A stretch of 64,000 nucleotides of DNA from an uncultured virus (IMG/VR IMGVR_UViG_3300025502_000006) (IMGVR_UViG_3300025502_000006); one strand, 5' to 3'; positions 9,476-19,698 are shown, counted from the first letter of the stretch. Numbers and translations: made by a program. The notes: a model not told the origin generated them from the sequence alone.

Positions 9476-10207
9476 ATGGTTGATATCGGATTTGATGTAA
9501 TCGGTGACCTTAATTTAGAACCAAACGATTCGTTTAATTGGGAATCCAAAACTACGAGTTTGTATTGTATTCTAAGTGGGAACATTAGTTCTGATATGAG
9601 AACTGTGATTCAAACCTTAGTCCATCTCAGTCAATTGTACCAGGGTGTATTTTTTACACCTGGTTTATTAGAATATGAAACTAGTAAACTTGATATAAAC
9701 AGGCGAACTGCTGAACTCGTGAGTTTGGCCGAGAAAGTCCCCAACATTATTATATTACATCACAATATCATTATTGTTGATGGTGTTGCCATTATTGGTT
9801 CAAACTGTTGGGAAAATGCTCACGAGCCTGGCATGTCTGTCTCTATCGAAGATTTAAAGTACAACCAATATCGATTAGACGATATGGGTTTCTTACACAA
9901 AACTATAGAAAAATTACAACGTCACATGGATGTTAAAAAGATTGTCCTTGTTACCAACGGTGTCCCTAATTCCAACTGCTATTTCGGCGAAGTGCCTGAT
10001 TACGCAGAGAGTCAAATTCCATTAGATACAGTATTAAATGCCGATACTGAAGGCAAGATAACTCACTGGATATATGGATCGTACAGCAAACCAGTAGAAG
10101 CAACTCTGCTTCTACCTAGAAAAAATGACTTGATTGCGATTAGTAATCCACTCGTAGAAAAGGACATGAAACACTATCATCCAAAACGTCTTACTGTTTC
10201 GGTTTAG
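9476..10207 (+). CDS. divergent calcineurin-like metallophosphoesterase-fold protein
   Basis: DVIGDLNL, ILSGNI, VLVTNGVP, HWIYGS: family layout with metal ligands substituted. Confidence 0.6.
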   Translation: MVDIGFDVIGDLNLEPNDSFNWESKTTSLYCILSGNISSDMRTVIQTLVHLSQLYQGVFFTPGLLEYETSKLDINRRTAELVSLAEKVPNIIILHHNIIIVDGVAIIGSNCWENAHEPGMSVSIEDLKYNQYRLDDMGFLHKTIEKLQRHMDVKKIVLVTNGVPNSNCYFGEVPDYAESQIPLDTVLNADTEGKITHWIYGSYSKPVEATLLLPRKNDLIAISNPLVEKDMKHYHPKRLTVSV

Positions 10208-10518
10208 GCTTCTGCTTCCACTTTAATTTGTAAGGGGAATCCCTTAGATCGTGCATCAAGTGTTACCTCAATACCCTTTTGTTCTGCGATTTCATATGGT
10301 AAGACTGCTACAATAGCACTGCCCTCTGCATGGATATCACTCGTAATAGTAGATGCGGTATCTGGATTATAACTGAAAAAATCACATAGAGATTCTACCA
10401 CAAACTCCATAGTCGTGACTTCATCATTGATATAAATCACCTTAAATAACGGTGGCTCTTGTAATGCAAAATTGGGTTTGATCTTACCTTCGGTTGTTAC
10501 ATTAAATTCTTCTGACAT
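10204..10518 (-). CDS. clpS: Clp protease adaptor ClpS
   Basis: PPLFKVIYINDEVTTMEFVV...IHAEGSA...EIAEQK...FPL. Confidence 0.93.
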   Translation of the reverse strand: MSEEFNVTTEGKIKPNFALQEPPLFKVIYINDEVTTMEFVVESLCDFFSYNPDTASTITSDIHAEGSAIVAVLPYEIAEQKGIEVTLDARSKGFPLQIKVEAEA

Positions 10519-10621
10519 AATAATTACCCATTGTGATAAAGTTAAAAAGTGTGCGTAGTGGTATCGATCGGCTGTCTATTTCGATTTTTTTCTGTCACTA
10601 CACACACTATACCCTATAATA

Positions 10622-11128
10622 CTATTTAGCGGAGGAAATGTCAATCTTTCTGGGTTTTAACTCATCCGGAAGTTGACGTTCTAAACTAACTCTTAATATG
10701 CCATTAATCATATCAGCACCAGTCACAATAACGTGATCAGCAAGTGTGAACGCTCTGGCGAACGTTCTATTACTAATACCCCTGTGCAAATACTCTGGCT
10801 CGTTTATAGAACTGGCTATTTCTGTTACGTCCACCTCAACTTTTCCAGCGCCAGTTAAGGAGTCTCCTTTTGTTGTAGAAATGGTTAATTGGCTTTGATC
10901 TACTTCAATGTCAATTGCATCTTTATCAATACCAGCAAGTGCTAGTTCAATAAAAAAATGATCATCGTCGATTTTAATAACATTGTACGGAGGATAATTA
11001 TCCTTGCCCGCTATTGTTGCTAGTCGATTGAGGTCTGCAAGCATAGAATCGAAACCGATTCCGAATTTGTGGATTGAGGGGATGTCTAAATGATTTAGGC
11101 GGATGCCTAGTCTGTTGCTATTGCTCAT
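10622..11128 (-). CDS. small heat-shock protein (Hsp20/IbpA-like)
   Basis: IGFD, YPPYNV, YLHRGIS.R.F.R.F.LAD, NGIL.V.L, KPRKIDI. Confidence 0.96.
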   Translation of the reverse strand: MSNSNRLGIRLNHLDIPSIHKFGIGFDSMLADLNRLATIAGKDNYPPYNVIKIDDDHFFIELALAGIDKDAIDIEVDQSQLTISTTKGDSLTGAGKVEVDVTEIASSINEPEYLHRGISNRTFARAFTLADHVIVTGADMINGILRVSLERQLPDELKPRKIDISSAK

Positions 11129-11218
11129 GGTGTTCTCCTTTAATAAAGCAAGTTTACTATTTGGACCCTTTCGGCATCCATGTGATCAGAAACCTATCTT
11201 CTCACATAACTATTTATC
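11129..11218 (-). promoter_or_regulatory. late-type promoter and ROSE-like structured leader of hsp20
   Basis: GATAAATA, hairpins (ATGTGA..TCACAT; GGATGCC-GAAA-GGGTCC), then CTTGCT positioned against the AAGGAG SD. Confidence 0.65.
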
Positions 11219-11231
11219 ATTATACAACGAG

Positions 11232-11519
11232 TTAGTATTTTTTGGTACCACGTGATCCTGGCTGTAGAGACAATCTTTTTTGTTCTCGTTTGATTGCGGC
11301 GGCCTTTTTAAGTTTGCGTTTTGAGGTAGGTTTCTCGAAATACTCTCTTTCTCTAACTTCGATAAGCAACCCTGAATTAGAAACTTTTTTCTTAAATTGA
11401 CGTAATGCTTGTTCCACATTGCCGTTTATTACCGTGACAGCGTTGCCAATTGGTTGTTGGGTGTATGATTTTTTTGATGAATTAAAATTATTTTTGTAGT
11501 CAGTATTTTTATATGTCAT
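11232..11519 (-). CDS. rpsU: 30S ribosomal protein bS21
   Basis: NVEQALRQFKKKV...REREYFEKPTSKRKLKKAAAIKRE. Confidence 0.93.
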   Translation of the reverse strand: MTYKNTDYKNNFNSSKKSYTQQPIGNAVTVINGNVEQALRQFKKKVSNSGLLIEVREREYFEKPTSKRKLKKAAAIKREQKRLSLQPGSRGTKKY

Positions 11520-12712
11520 ATAATTGTTTTTGGGTTTATTATTAAGTCCTTATCTATATTTAGCTCGGTAATACCCTTTCTTTTATATTTACCAACGTTA
11601 AACATATGAGGCATTAAAACTCTCTCGATTTCCGATTGTAATCCTCTTGCACCAGTTTTAGTGTTGATGCAATTAACCACCATCTCTTCAATGGCATCCT
11701 CGGTAAAACTTAGTGTAATGCCATCGATACCAAGCAAATAAATATATTGATCGATGAAGTTGTTTTTTACTGAAGTAAGTACTTTTATTAATTCATTCTT
11801 GGATAACTCTGCAACACTAATTGATGTAGGGAATCTACCGATAAACTCTGGAATCATTCCGTATTTCATCAAGTCTTTGGGTGTCACATCAATGAAGTGT
11901 TCAGCTTGATCTTCTTTGAGTTTTGATACAAAACCAATACTTGTTCCTGTAGTTCTGGATTTGATAACATCTTGTAAACCATCAAAGGCTCCACCTGCAA
12001 TAAAGAGTATGTTTGTTGTGTCAATCTCAACGAGGGGTTCCTGCGGATGCTTACGTTTACCATTAGGAGCAACTCGACATATAGTACCCTCTACTATCTT
12101 CAATAGTGCTTGTTGGACGCCCTCCCCGCTAACGTCACGTGTTATAGAGGCGTTCTCACTCTTACGTGCGATTTTGTCTATTTCATCTATGAATATAATA
12201 CCACGTTCTGCTTTCTCGACATCATCACCAGCTTTTGATAACAGGACGCCTAACATGCTCTCTACGTCATCTCCTACGTATCCTGCTTCTGTTAAATTAG
12301 TGGCATCAGCAACGATAAAGGGAACATCTAAGTACCTTGCTACAGTTTGTGCAAGTAATGTTTTACCACACCCAGTTGGACCAAGTAACAGAACATTACC
12401 TTTATGTATTGTTAGCCCTTTTGGCGGTGGATTAAAAACTCTTTTGTAATGGTTTGATATCGCGACCGCTAGAACTTCTTTAGCAGTAATTTGGCCAACA
12501 ACATACTTGTTTAGGTGTCGCATGATAGATTGTGGATCCATGCTCTTTGGAGGGTCGTTGGCCTTTACAGGTACTTGTTCATCCTCTATTAGTTGCTGAC
12601 AAAGCGATACGCATTCTGAACAAATCGCGACATTTTCTCCAACAATTAATTTAGTAACAATTTCCTTAGGATTGCCGCAAAACGAACAGTTTACTTCTGA
12701 TTTATCACTCAC
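11516..12712 (-). CDS. clpX: ATP-dependent Clp protease ATPase subunit ClpX
   Basis: C4 zinc finger CSFC...C..C, Walker A GPTGCGKT, GYVG pore loop, DEIDK, RKH and IGF loops. Confidence 0.97.
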   Translation of the reverse strand: MSDKSEVNCSFCGNPKEIVTKLIVGENVAICSECVSLCQQLIEDEQVPVKANDPPKSMDPQSIMRHLNKYVVGQITAKEVLAVAISNHYKRVFNPPPKGLTIHKGNVLLLGPTGCGKTLLAQTVARYLDVPFIVADATNLTEAGYVGDDVESMLGVLLSKAGDDVEKAERGIIFIDEIDKIARKSENASITRDVSGEGVQQALLKIVEGTICRVAPNGKRKHPQEPLVEIDTTNILFIAGGAFDGLQDVIKSRTTGTSIGFVSKLKEDQAEHFIDVTPKDLMKYGMIPEFIGRFPTSISVAELSKNELIKVLTSVKNNFIDQYIYLLGIDGITLSFTEDAIEEMVVNCINTKTGARGLQSEIERVLMPHMFNVGKYKRKGITELNIDKDLIINPKTII

Positions 12713-12737
12713 TAAATACGTTTCCTATTTTTCTTTA

Positions 12738-13664
12738 TTAGCAATCTTGCGATCCCTTAATTGACAATTTTATCTGGGACATCTCTTGAAGTTGCTTTGC
12801 AAGGTCCTGATCGATCTCGTACTTAAAAACATTGTCAACTGTATTATTTATATAAAAACGTATACCTGCATTAATATTGGTATATAACCCTGTATAATAT
12901 CTTTGCCTGTGTGATATACCCTGTACACATGTATTTAGTATAGGTACGCCCAGCAATGTAGTTGCTGTCATTTCTACCATACTACCACGCAAGAAAGTTT
13001 GATTGATCTTTTTGTGAATAATATTGTCACTAAAATACAGAGTAGTATCTTCAAAATCTAAATAAGTAACTGCACCGTGAGCATTGGTTGCAAACAACGT
13101 CATAAGTTCTTTTAACGAATCCAAATATGCTTTATTCCAAGTTGCAGTATAATATACTTTAAGATGGTAGTTTCTATCTGGGTCAGTGATTACTTCATAA
13201 CTCCGCATTTTGATATTGATTGCGATAGACGGAAAGTATTTAAATGTATTGTCTATTAGTTTATCACCATCGGCTTGTTGTTTCTGGTAGGACTCTAGTT
13301 GTTTAGAGATATTCTCTCCATCAAACCTCTCTGAGGAGATATAACTACTCAATACAAAGTCTTTTAATAGAGACTTGTCAACCGTAACATCTACCTTCAC
13401 ATATTGTAAATTACCAATTGGATGATGTTCTAATATGTTATATGCAAGAATATATCCTGCACTATAAGTTAGGATTTGATTCCGCGTGAGTTTGTTGTTG
13501 ATAACACTCCGTTCAGCGTCTATGATAACACCGACTTCGAAATCGACTGCTTTCTTAAATGCGTTGTTAAGTGCTGTGGTAAAAGAATTACCTTCTCCTG
13601 TTACCGTAGTCGCTAGTGCAGGAGAAGCTATAAAAATAAGAAGTGAGAAAAGAAGATTTCTCAT
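12738..13664 (-). CDS. exported protein, LPP20-like N-terminus
   Basis: Signal peptide ending ALA; VTGEG..F..AL..A...AV...GV pattern. Confidence 0.55.
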   Translation of the reverse strand: MRNLLFSLLIFIASPALATTVTGEGNSFTTALNNAFKKAVDFEVGVIIDAERSVINNKLTRNQILTYSAGYILAYNILEHHPIGNLQYVKVDVTVDKSLLKDFVLSSYISSERFDGENISKQLESYQKQQADGDKLIDNTFKYFPSIAINIKMRSYEVITDPDRNYHLKVYYTATWNKAYLDSLKELMTLFATNAHGAVTYLDFEDTTLYFSDNIIHKKINQTFLRGSMVEMTATTLLGVPILNTCVQGISHRQRYYTGLYTNINAGIRFYINNTVDNVFKYEIDQDLAKQLQEMSQIKLSIKGSQDC

Positions 13665-13674
13665 ACGAGAACTC

Positions 13675-14316
13675 CTAGTTTTGATTTAGTGTTTGAACGA
13701 GACTTTGGTTAAACAAACTCCATGTTGCAGTAACTTGAATGAGTTGATCATCTATTTTCTTATTACTAAATTCTATGCCTACTAGTCTACGTTTAGAAAA
13801 CGCTGTTGCTGTACTAGTTACCACACGATCCATTTCGTTAGAGTTGACCCGTACTGATGTATCTCTTGAGGCCTCTTCATCGGTGATCTCCACAGATCCT
13901 TTCATCACATTGTTAATCGAGTCTTCACCCTTTTCAATATTTTTGACAATGGTTTTTACAACCCTATCGGATGTAACATCTACACCATGAAAGTCCGACA
14001 GTTTTGCAAGTGCTCCAAGTTCTCCAACTAAGATAGCGGACTCTGCTAATGCATTTGTGCCACCATTTGAATTAACAGTCACTATAGCTGTAATAGATTT
14101 GATTGAAAATTCCTTACAACCAAGTATGAATTTTCTTTTTGCACATTCAGACTTGACAGTGATACCGTCTTTGTTGAATTTACTTGTTAATTCCTGTACC
14201 ATGTATGGATCAGTTTCTGGTCCTTTTGGTCTATCGACTGAGTTCTTAGAACCCATCATTGAACAACCACTCATTGTTATAATTGCTACCAGTACTAATA
14301 TAATTTTATTATTCAT
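13675..14316 (-). CDS. lipoprotein
   Basis: Basic N-terminus, hydrophobic stretch, lipobox MSG|C. Confidence 0.7.
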   Translation of the reverse strand: MNNKIILVLVAIITMSGCSMMGSKNSVDRPKGPETDPYMVQELTSKFNKDGITVKSECAKRKFILGCKEFSIKSITAIVTVNSNGGTNALAESAILVGELGALAKLSDFHGVDVTSDRVVKTIVKNIEKGEDSINNVMKGSVEITDEEASRDTSVRVNSNEMDRVVTSTATAFSKRRLVGIEFSNKKIDDQLIQVTATWSLFNQSLVQTLNQN

Positions 14317-14355
14317 GATTCTCTCCTATTAGGATTATTTAATTAACGTAAAGCG

Positions 14356-14384
14356 AGTATAACGAATTTATGGGTTAATCTCAA
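14356..14384 (-). promoter_or_regulatory. sigma70-type promoter
   Basis: TTGAGA-N17-TATACT. Confidence 0.6.
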
Positions 14385-14399
14385 GAGTTTTGGGTAAAA

Positions 14400-16331
14400 T
14401 TACTCAGGAATGTCAGTGAGGTATAGCTCTATTTGTTGACGTTCGGATTCGGAAAGTAAATCGACATCATACTCCCCAGATTGAATTTGGTCAACTAAAT
14501 GCCTAATGTAAGCATCATCAAACAAGTAACTATCAGACTGATTTTTGTTGATTTCGATCCAGTGCTTGCCCTCAAATTTATATACTCGGTTCGGCATCTG
14601 ATCAACTCTGACAAAGATGTCTCCTTTAACCGCTATCCTTGGAAAGGCAGTTCCGAAACTCGTATGTGCCGCCCTGCTTCCTTCATCTTTTTGTAAAAAT
14701 AATTCAGGGTGCGTTGATTTAAGTGCATTTTCATGTATTGATTTGCCTTCAAGGTCAATAATGTAATCACTGTTTTCTATCTTCTGATATGTTACTCCAG
14801 ACTCCATAATGCTAAGTGGCTCGGTGATAGTTAGTTCTTCTTCAACTGGTTCTTCAACTGCCTCATCCTGTGTAACCAAGAATTCTCTATTACCCATTCG
14901 TTGTTGTCTGTGCCATTCAGACAATGCAAATCTTGCGTCGGCTATCGAAGGTTCTAATTTCTCAAAATTTAATTCGTGTGGCTCATCATCGTCAAACGGT
15001 TGAGGGTCAAACCCAGACGGTGGCATGTCCACCGGCGGCTCTGGGTACTGCTCTTCGTCAGGCTTTTTCAAGTCTGGCTCTTCGCTTGGAATTGTTTTGC
15101 GTTTACGATGTTCGAATGTGTATTGACTGGCAATCAACAACAATACTGCCAGTGGATCGAACACAAAGATGATGATCATAATCAACCATGATACGGCTGT
15201 CTCTAATAGAGTGGCATCTGCATTTTCTGTGCCAGTAAAAAATTCAGCAATATACCTAATTGGACCAACTTCGCTTTCAACCAACCTAACTGCTTGTTCA
15301 GATTCAAATTTTTCATCTTTAAGTGTATCTATGGTAGTATATATACCATCTATTTGCACGTTCCATTTGTCAACTTGAGCAAGGTCATCGTCTTGGGATG
15401 AATTGCTTTGTTCTCTTAAACGATTGATTTCTGTAGTAGCATTATCAACAGTGGTTTGTGTTTGGCCGCGATAGTTGTTGATGTTTCCTTGTGCCTCACG
15501 AATAGAACTGCTCGCGCCTAGACGCAAGACTGCTTCTCTGTCTCTTGCAACTTTATCTATTCGTTTTATCTCTGTTGAAATAGCATCACGTTCGGTCTTC
15601 TGTGCTAATCTTATTTTGTTTGCTTCAGCAACATTGTCTATTGTTTCAACAGTAGCACTTCTAAATAGACCACCTGCCTCTAGTTGATTTGTGGTAGTTC
15701 CTTGATTGGCTTTAGTAGCGACAATGTTATCTAATGGGACGAGTTTGTCTGTTTGTACTTTAACATCTGCGGTACGAGAAGTCTCTAACGCTTCCAAATC
15801 TGTTCTAAGACCTTCATTTATGGTCGTGATATTGTTTTGATTATAATCAATGTCTGCTTGTACAGCACCGCGAGCGCCAGTGATAATCTCTTGTTGTTGA
15901 TCAATAGACGATGATACATCAAAGCCTCCACCAGACGATACATCACCAATCCTTTCTTGGAGAATAGTGATTCTGTTTTCTTCTCTAGCTATTTGACCAT
16001 CAATTCGTTGCACTGTCGCTACAGCTTCAGTAGCATTGCCAGATACAGTATCATGTGCCTTAGATAAAAAGCCGAAGATGCCAATGGAAGTGATAAGCAT
16101 CAATACTACAACAGCGATACTTAAATAGATTTTTAGCCACCACGCGGCGATTCTCCAGTATTTATGGAGCCAAACTGCGGTGACAAGTTTACTAACTTCT
16201 AGCACACCGCCCATTACAATAATTGGGATAACGGCCGCAGAGAAGATAGCGGCTAAACCCGAGACCGAATAATAAATAGCTACAGCACTAATAGTAAGAG
16301 CCGTAAATAAAGTTAAGTATGCTAAAAACAT
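14400..16331 (-). CDS. multi-pass membrane coiled-coil protein
   Basis: Three N-terminal hydrophobic helices, long coiled coil, EVGPIRYIA...FVFDPLAVLLL helix, acidic tail; GATAAATA upstream (16365-16372). Confidence 0.8.
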   Translation of the reverse strand: MFLAYLTLFTALTISAVAIYYSVSGLAAIFSAAVIPIIVMGGVLEVSKLVTAVWLHKYWRIAAWWLKIYLSIAVVVLMLITSIGIFGFLSKAHDTVSGNATEAVATVQRIDGQIAREENRITILQERIGDVSSGGGFDVSSSIDQQQEIITGARGAVQADIDYNQNNITTINEGLRTDLEALETSRTADVKVQTDKLVPLDNIVATKANQGTTTNQLEAGGLFRSATVETIDNVAEANKIRLAQKTERDAISTEIKRIDKVARDREAVLRLGASSSIREAQGNINNYRGQTQTTVDNATTEINRLREQSNSSQDDDLAQVDKWNVQIDGIYTTIDTLKDEKFESEQAVRLVESEVGPIRYIAEFFTGTENADATLLETAVSWLIMIIIFVFDPLAVLLLIASQYTFEHRKRKTIPSEEPDLKKPDEEQYPEPPVDMPPSGFDPQPFDDDEPHELNFEKLEPSIADARFALSEWHRQQRMGNREFLVTQDEAVEEPVEEELTITEPLSIMESGVTYQKIENSDYIIDLEGKSIHENALKSTHPELFLQKDEGSRAAHTSFGTAFPRIAVKGDIFVRVDQMPNRVYKFEGKHWIEINKNQSDSYLFDDAYIRHLVDQIQSGEYDVDLLSESERQQIELYLTDIPE

Positions 16332-16396
16332 TGCGTGATGAATTTCCTCTTCAGTGTTATATAGTATTTATCAGATTTCATGTGCCCAAAGAAGTA

Positions 16397-16687
16397 TTAG
16401 TCATGCTTTCCAGTCATTGCCACAAATAAATGACCATATGTACCAAGAAAGTTATTATAAGACATAGTTTGTCTTCTTGGTATACCTGGACCCTGGTAAA
16501 TATTATAAGTTATGAAGGGAGTGATACCCTCTCTGCCTTCACCTTCAAGCAATCTATCTCTTAATTTGACATCCGTAATTTCGATAGAATCACCATCTGG
16601 AAAGGTGTGTTTTACACCTACTAAATTTTCTGGTACAAGCCTCTTCATCTCTTCTGGCCAATGATTGTATTCTTGATCGAGCGCCAT
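16397..16687 (-). CDS. hypothetical protein
   Basis: 96 aa, coupled to the ligase stop (TAATG). Confidence 0.7.
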   Translation of the reverse strand: MALDQEYNHWPEEMKRLVPENLVGVKHTFPDGDSIEITDVKLRDRLLEGEGREGITPFITYNIYQGPGIPRRQTMSYNNFLGTYGHLFVAMTGKHD

Positions 16688-18018
16688 TATTTATCATCCC
16701 TAAATCTTACGAATCTAGGGAACCTTAAACTATATGTGCCATCTTGGTTTTGACTAATAGCATCACAGAGTACCTCAGCAGTCTGTCCAATTAATTCGTG
16801 TTTTGCTTCCCAGTATGAATCTCTGTCTTTGTCAGAAAAGCCAGAACCGACATTCACTTTAATAAATTTACCATCATCTGTGCCTTCACAAACAAGGGCG
16901 CCTAATCTACTTGCATTTCTTCCCGTACCTTCTTCTAAGTCAACAACGGTTAAGTCTACAGTAATTGTAGGTTTCCACTTCATCCAAAATAGATTTCTCT
17001 TGCACTCATATGGTGCTTCTAACTCTTTGATCATTATGCCTTCAAAGCCTGCTTCAACCATGTCGTTGGCATACGTCTTAAGTGCTGTCTTGCCGTCGTC
17101 AGTATCTAAATCAACCATGATGTGTGGTAGCATATCAAGTGATGGGATGGTGTTGAACAAACTTCTTAAGTTTTCTAACACTTCGATGCGTTTACGCAAC
17201 TGAGCATTACAATGTCCTCTGCGAAAGTCAGCAAGTGACATGACATCAAATACATTGAACACTGTGTCAGTAGCATTAACATCAGTTTTTCTACGGGCTT
17301 GTTTCATTAATTCGTTGAACGATGCTCCGACCACTTCACCGTCAAAGACGTAACAACTAGTGTCTCCAATAGAGTTACCTAATCTAGCAATGATCGCGTT
17401 GTGATTTAGAAATACTTGTTCTTCAATATGCCCGAAGTTCTCAAATACTTTGCCGTTACGACTATAACATGTAGCTACTCCTTCATCGACTACCATTAGG
17501 ACTCTAACGCCATCTAATTTAGGCTCAAGTCGTTTAGTACCCGACATTTCAGGTCGACCTTCTGAGTTAGTAGCAAGTTGACATTTAAAAATAGGGACTT
17601 CAAACTCTGTGCCTTTGCACACTTTGTTGATAGTCGAAGATGAGAAGCCTGCTCTTAAATCTCTGCGAATGACAGGAGCACAAAAGTTGTCCCATTCGTC
17701 ACTAGAAAATCTGTATGACATTTTTTCTACAGCATCGATTGCCGCATTACCTGTCAATGACCGACCAGACAACAAATGAAGCAATTCATTGAAAACTGCC
17801 CAAGGATTCTCAGGATTCTCGTCTGATGACGATGTTGAACTTGGTACCTTTCTGACGCCATAAGTAATATATGGATTGTATGTTGCTTTAGCCAATTGCA
17901 AAAAGTTGATAGCATTGGTGCTACCCAATCTTGCGGCCTCAAGTGCTTGTCTCAATACATCTTGTTTATGTAGTTTTGAGTTGCTTTCTTGTAATTTTTT
18001 AATCCAACTTGCAGACAT
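16687..18018 (-). CDS. ATP-dependent DNA ligase
   Basis: EPKLDGVR, YSRNG, FDGE, VFD, EGIMIK, KWK, VGSGFS, LRFPRF. Confidence 0.97.
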   Translation of the reverse strand: MSASWIKKLQESNSKLHKQDVLRQALEAARLGSTNAINFLQLAKATYNPYITYGVRKVPSSTSSSDENPENPWAVFNELLHLLSGRSLTGNAAIDAVEKMSYRFSSDEWDNFCAPVIRRDLRAGFSSSTINKVCKGTEFEVPIFKCQLATNSEGRPEMSGTKRLEPKLDGVRVLMVVDEGVATCYSRNGKVFENFGHIEEQVFLNHNAIIARLGNSIGDTSCYVFDGEVVGASFNELMKQARRKTDVNATDTVFNVFDVMSLADFRRGHCNAQLRKRIEVLENLRSLFNTIPSLDMLPHIMVDLDTDDGKTALKTYANDMVEAGFEGIMIKELEAPYECKRNLFWMKWKPTITVDLTVVDLEEGTGRNASRLGALVCEGTDDGKFIKVNVGSGFSDKDRDSYWEAKHELIGQTAEVLCDAISQNQDGTYSLRFPRFVRFRDDK

Positions 18019-18039
18019 ACTTTCTCCTAAATATTAATC

Positions 18040-18068
18040 ATTATACTACCGATCAACCTCAATGTCAA
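18040..18068 (-). promoter_or_regulatory. consensus sigma70 promoter of the ligase
   Basis: TTGACA-N17-TATAAT. Confidence 0.85.
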
Positions 18069-18221
18069 CCATTAATGTTTCTCGAAGCCCATTCGCTTAT
18101 CTGCGTGAATGTTTCTTCGACAAAGGTTACAACTGCTTCGGCGCCACCATACATGTAGACACACACTAAATATCCTACTATAAATCCTATTGCTAAATTT
18201 TTCATTCTCGTATCCCTTATT

Positions 18222-18629
18222 TTATTGTGTTAGTTGCTGGACCATATTCATCATAACAGCAGTACCACTAATTGCACTACCAATCATAATTGCTCTATCG
18301 CTCCAACTCATTCCTACGTACACCCAACCGCAACTGCTTAACACATACGCAATTTGACCATATGTTATAAAACCTGCACTCATGACAAATATACCAATAA
18401 CACCCATTCCCATACTAAACCACTTAACATACCAATCTGGTGTACCGGTTGGAGTCATGGGTTTTACTTCATCATACTCATGTTGCAGTTCAGCGAGGTC
18501 TTGTTGAAGACGTTTCTTTTCGTTACGTAGATCAGCGGCCATCTTTCCTATTTTGCTAGGTACGTACGGATCTTTAAGGTCTTGGTCGCTCTTAATGTCT
18601 TGATCGCTCTTAATGTCTTGATCGCTCAT
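18222..18629 (-). CDS. membrane protein with N-terminal SDQDIK repeats
   Basis: Coiled coil, then about three hydrophobic helices; 18-bp tandem repeat at 18579-18627. Confidence 0.75.
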   Translation of the reverse strand: MSDQDIKSDQDIKSDQDLKDPYVPSKIGKMAADLRNEKKRLQQDLAELQHEYDEVKPMTPTGTPDWYVKWFSMGMGVIGIFVMSAGFITYGQIAYVLSSCGWVYVGMSWSDRAIMIGSAISGTAVMMNMVQQLTQ

Positions 18630-19285
18630 ATAAGTTTTACTCTATTCAATTGCGTTACCATACCATTGCCATTTGATAGATGACGTTTAACTGTGCCCCT
18701 AATATTAACTACAGTAGATACCTTAGGACAAAATGAAGCAGATGCAAAACTCACCATTTCTTTTTGGTCAGTCGTTCCTGTTGTAAAACGACATTCCCAT
18801 TTTGTTGACCAAACAGACTTGAGTATGGTAACGACAAGATCAAGTCTGTCTTTAATAGCACCAATTGTTTTCAATGAAGCGGCCTCCTCCATCATAACAT
18901 CTTCGGCCTTTCTCATTCTTGATCTTTTATAGACATGCGGTAAACTAGCAATAATAGCTAAATCATGGTGCTTAGATATGACATCTTTGTTAGCAATTTC
19001 CATGGCTGACCGGTCGAAAGTACTCAAGTATTGATTAGCCAACACTTTAAAAGTCAATGCTTGGAAATGTTGACGAATTTTGACTCCTTCCTCCCTGTCC
19101 TTGGCAGTAAGATTTGTATTGCCTTTTTCTAAAAGTTCAAGCATGATAGTCTTGTTGGTCTTTTTTTCGGGAAAAAAGATTTGCTGGCTAGCACTCATGT
19201 AATATTTGTTAATGCGCTGAGCCTTACAAGAAATCATAAAAACGTCACTTGCGGGATAACTAAACGTCTTTTTAGACTTATGCAT
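18626..19285 (-). CDS. hypothetical protein, possible C-terminal OB fold
   Basis: 219 aa; ends IRGTVKRH...TQLNRVK. Confidence 0.7.
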   Translation of the reverse strand: MHKSKKTFSYPASDVFMISCKAQRINKYYMSASQQIFFPEKKTNKTIMLELLEKGNTNLTAKDREEGVKIRQHFQALTFKVLANQYLSTFDRSAMEIANKDVISKHHDLAIIASLPHVYKRSRMRKAEDVMMEEAASLKTIGAIKDRLDLVVTILKSVWSTKWECRFTTGTTDQKEMVSFASASFCPKVSTVVNIRGTVKRHLSNGNGMVTQLNRVKLI

Positions 19286-19287
19286 AA

Positions 19288-19698
19288 TTAACTGCTCCAG
19301 TAAGATTCACTTAGTGGGCTTAAGTAGTAAGGCATGTTGATGCCTTCAGTAACTGTGATTATTTCGCCAGTGCCAGGGCACCTACCAGTTCGAGTGATCA
19401 TTGGTTCATCATAATCAGCAACTGCTACTATCACATAAGAAGAAGCAAATTGCTTGTGAACTTTTTTGAAGTGTGCTTCAGTAGCATCACGATATGCATT
19501 ATACATCCTAGCCTTGTGTTCAGGTTTCCCTTCAGCAACTGCTTCAGCAACTTGATCAAATGCTGTTTGGTAGAATTTAACAGTTCGAGTGATACCTGCT
19601 TTAGCGGCACCGGCTGTTTTATACCGATCACTCTTATACGAAGCTCTACCAGGTTCATTGTGGATTGAGTTGTCTGTGATATCGATGATATGAAACAT
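19288..19698 (-). CDS. hypothetical protein
   Basis: Start moved to ATG 19698 (AAGGA SD); the track's start is the -35 box of the promoter. Confidence 0.75.
   Translation of the reverse strand: MFHIIDITDNSIHNEPGRASYKSDRYKTAGAAKAGITRTVKFYQTAFDQVAEAVAEGKPEHKARMYNAYRDATEAHFKKVHKQFASSYVIVAVADYDEPMITRTGRCPGTGEIITVTEGINMPYYLSPLSESYWSS

Noticed and set aside
18579..18627. 18-bp tandem repeat as a phase-variation switch
   Set aside because: In-frame and short, so unit changes would not switch expression.
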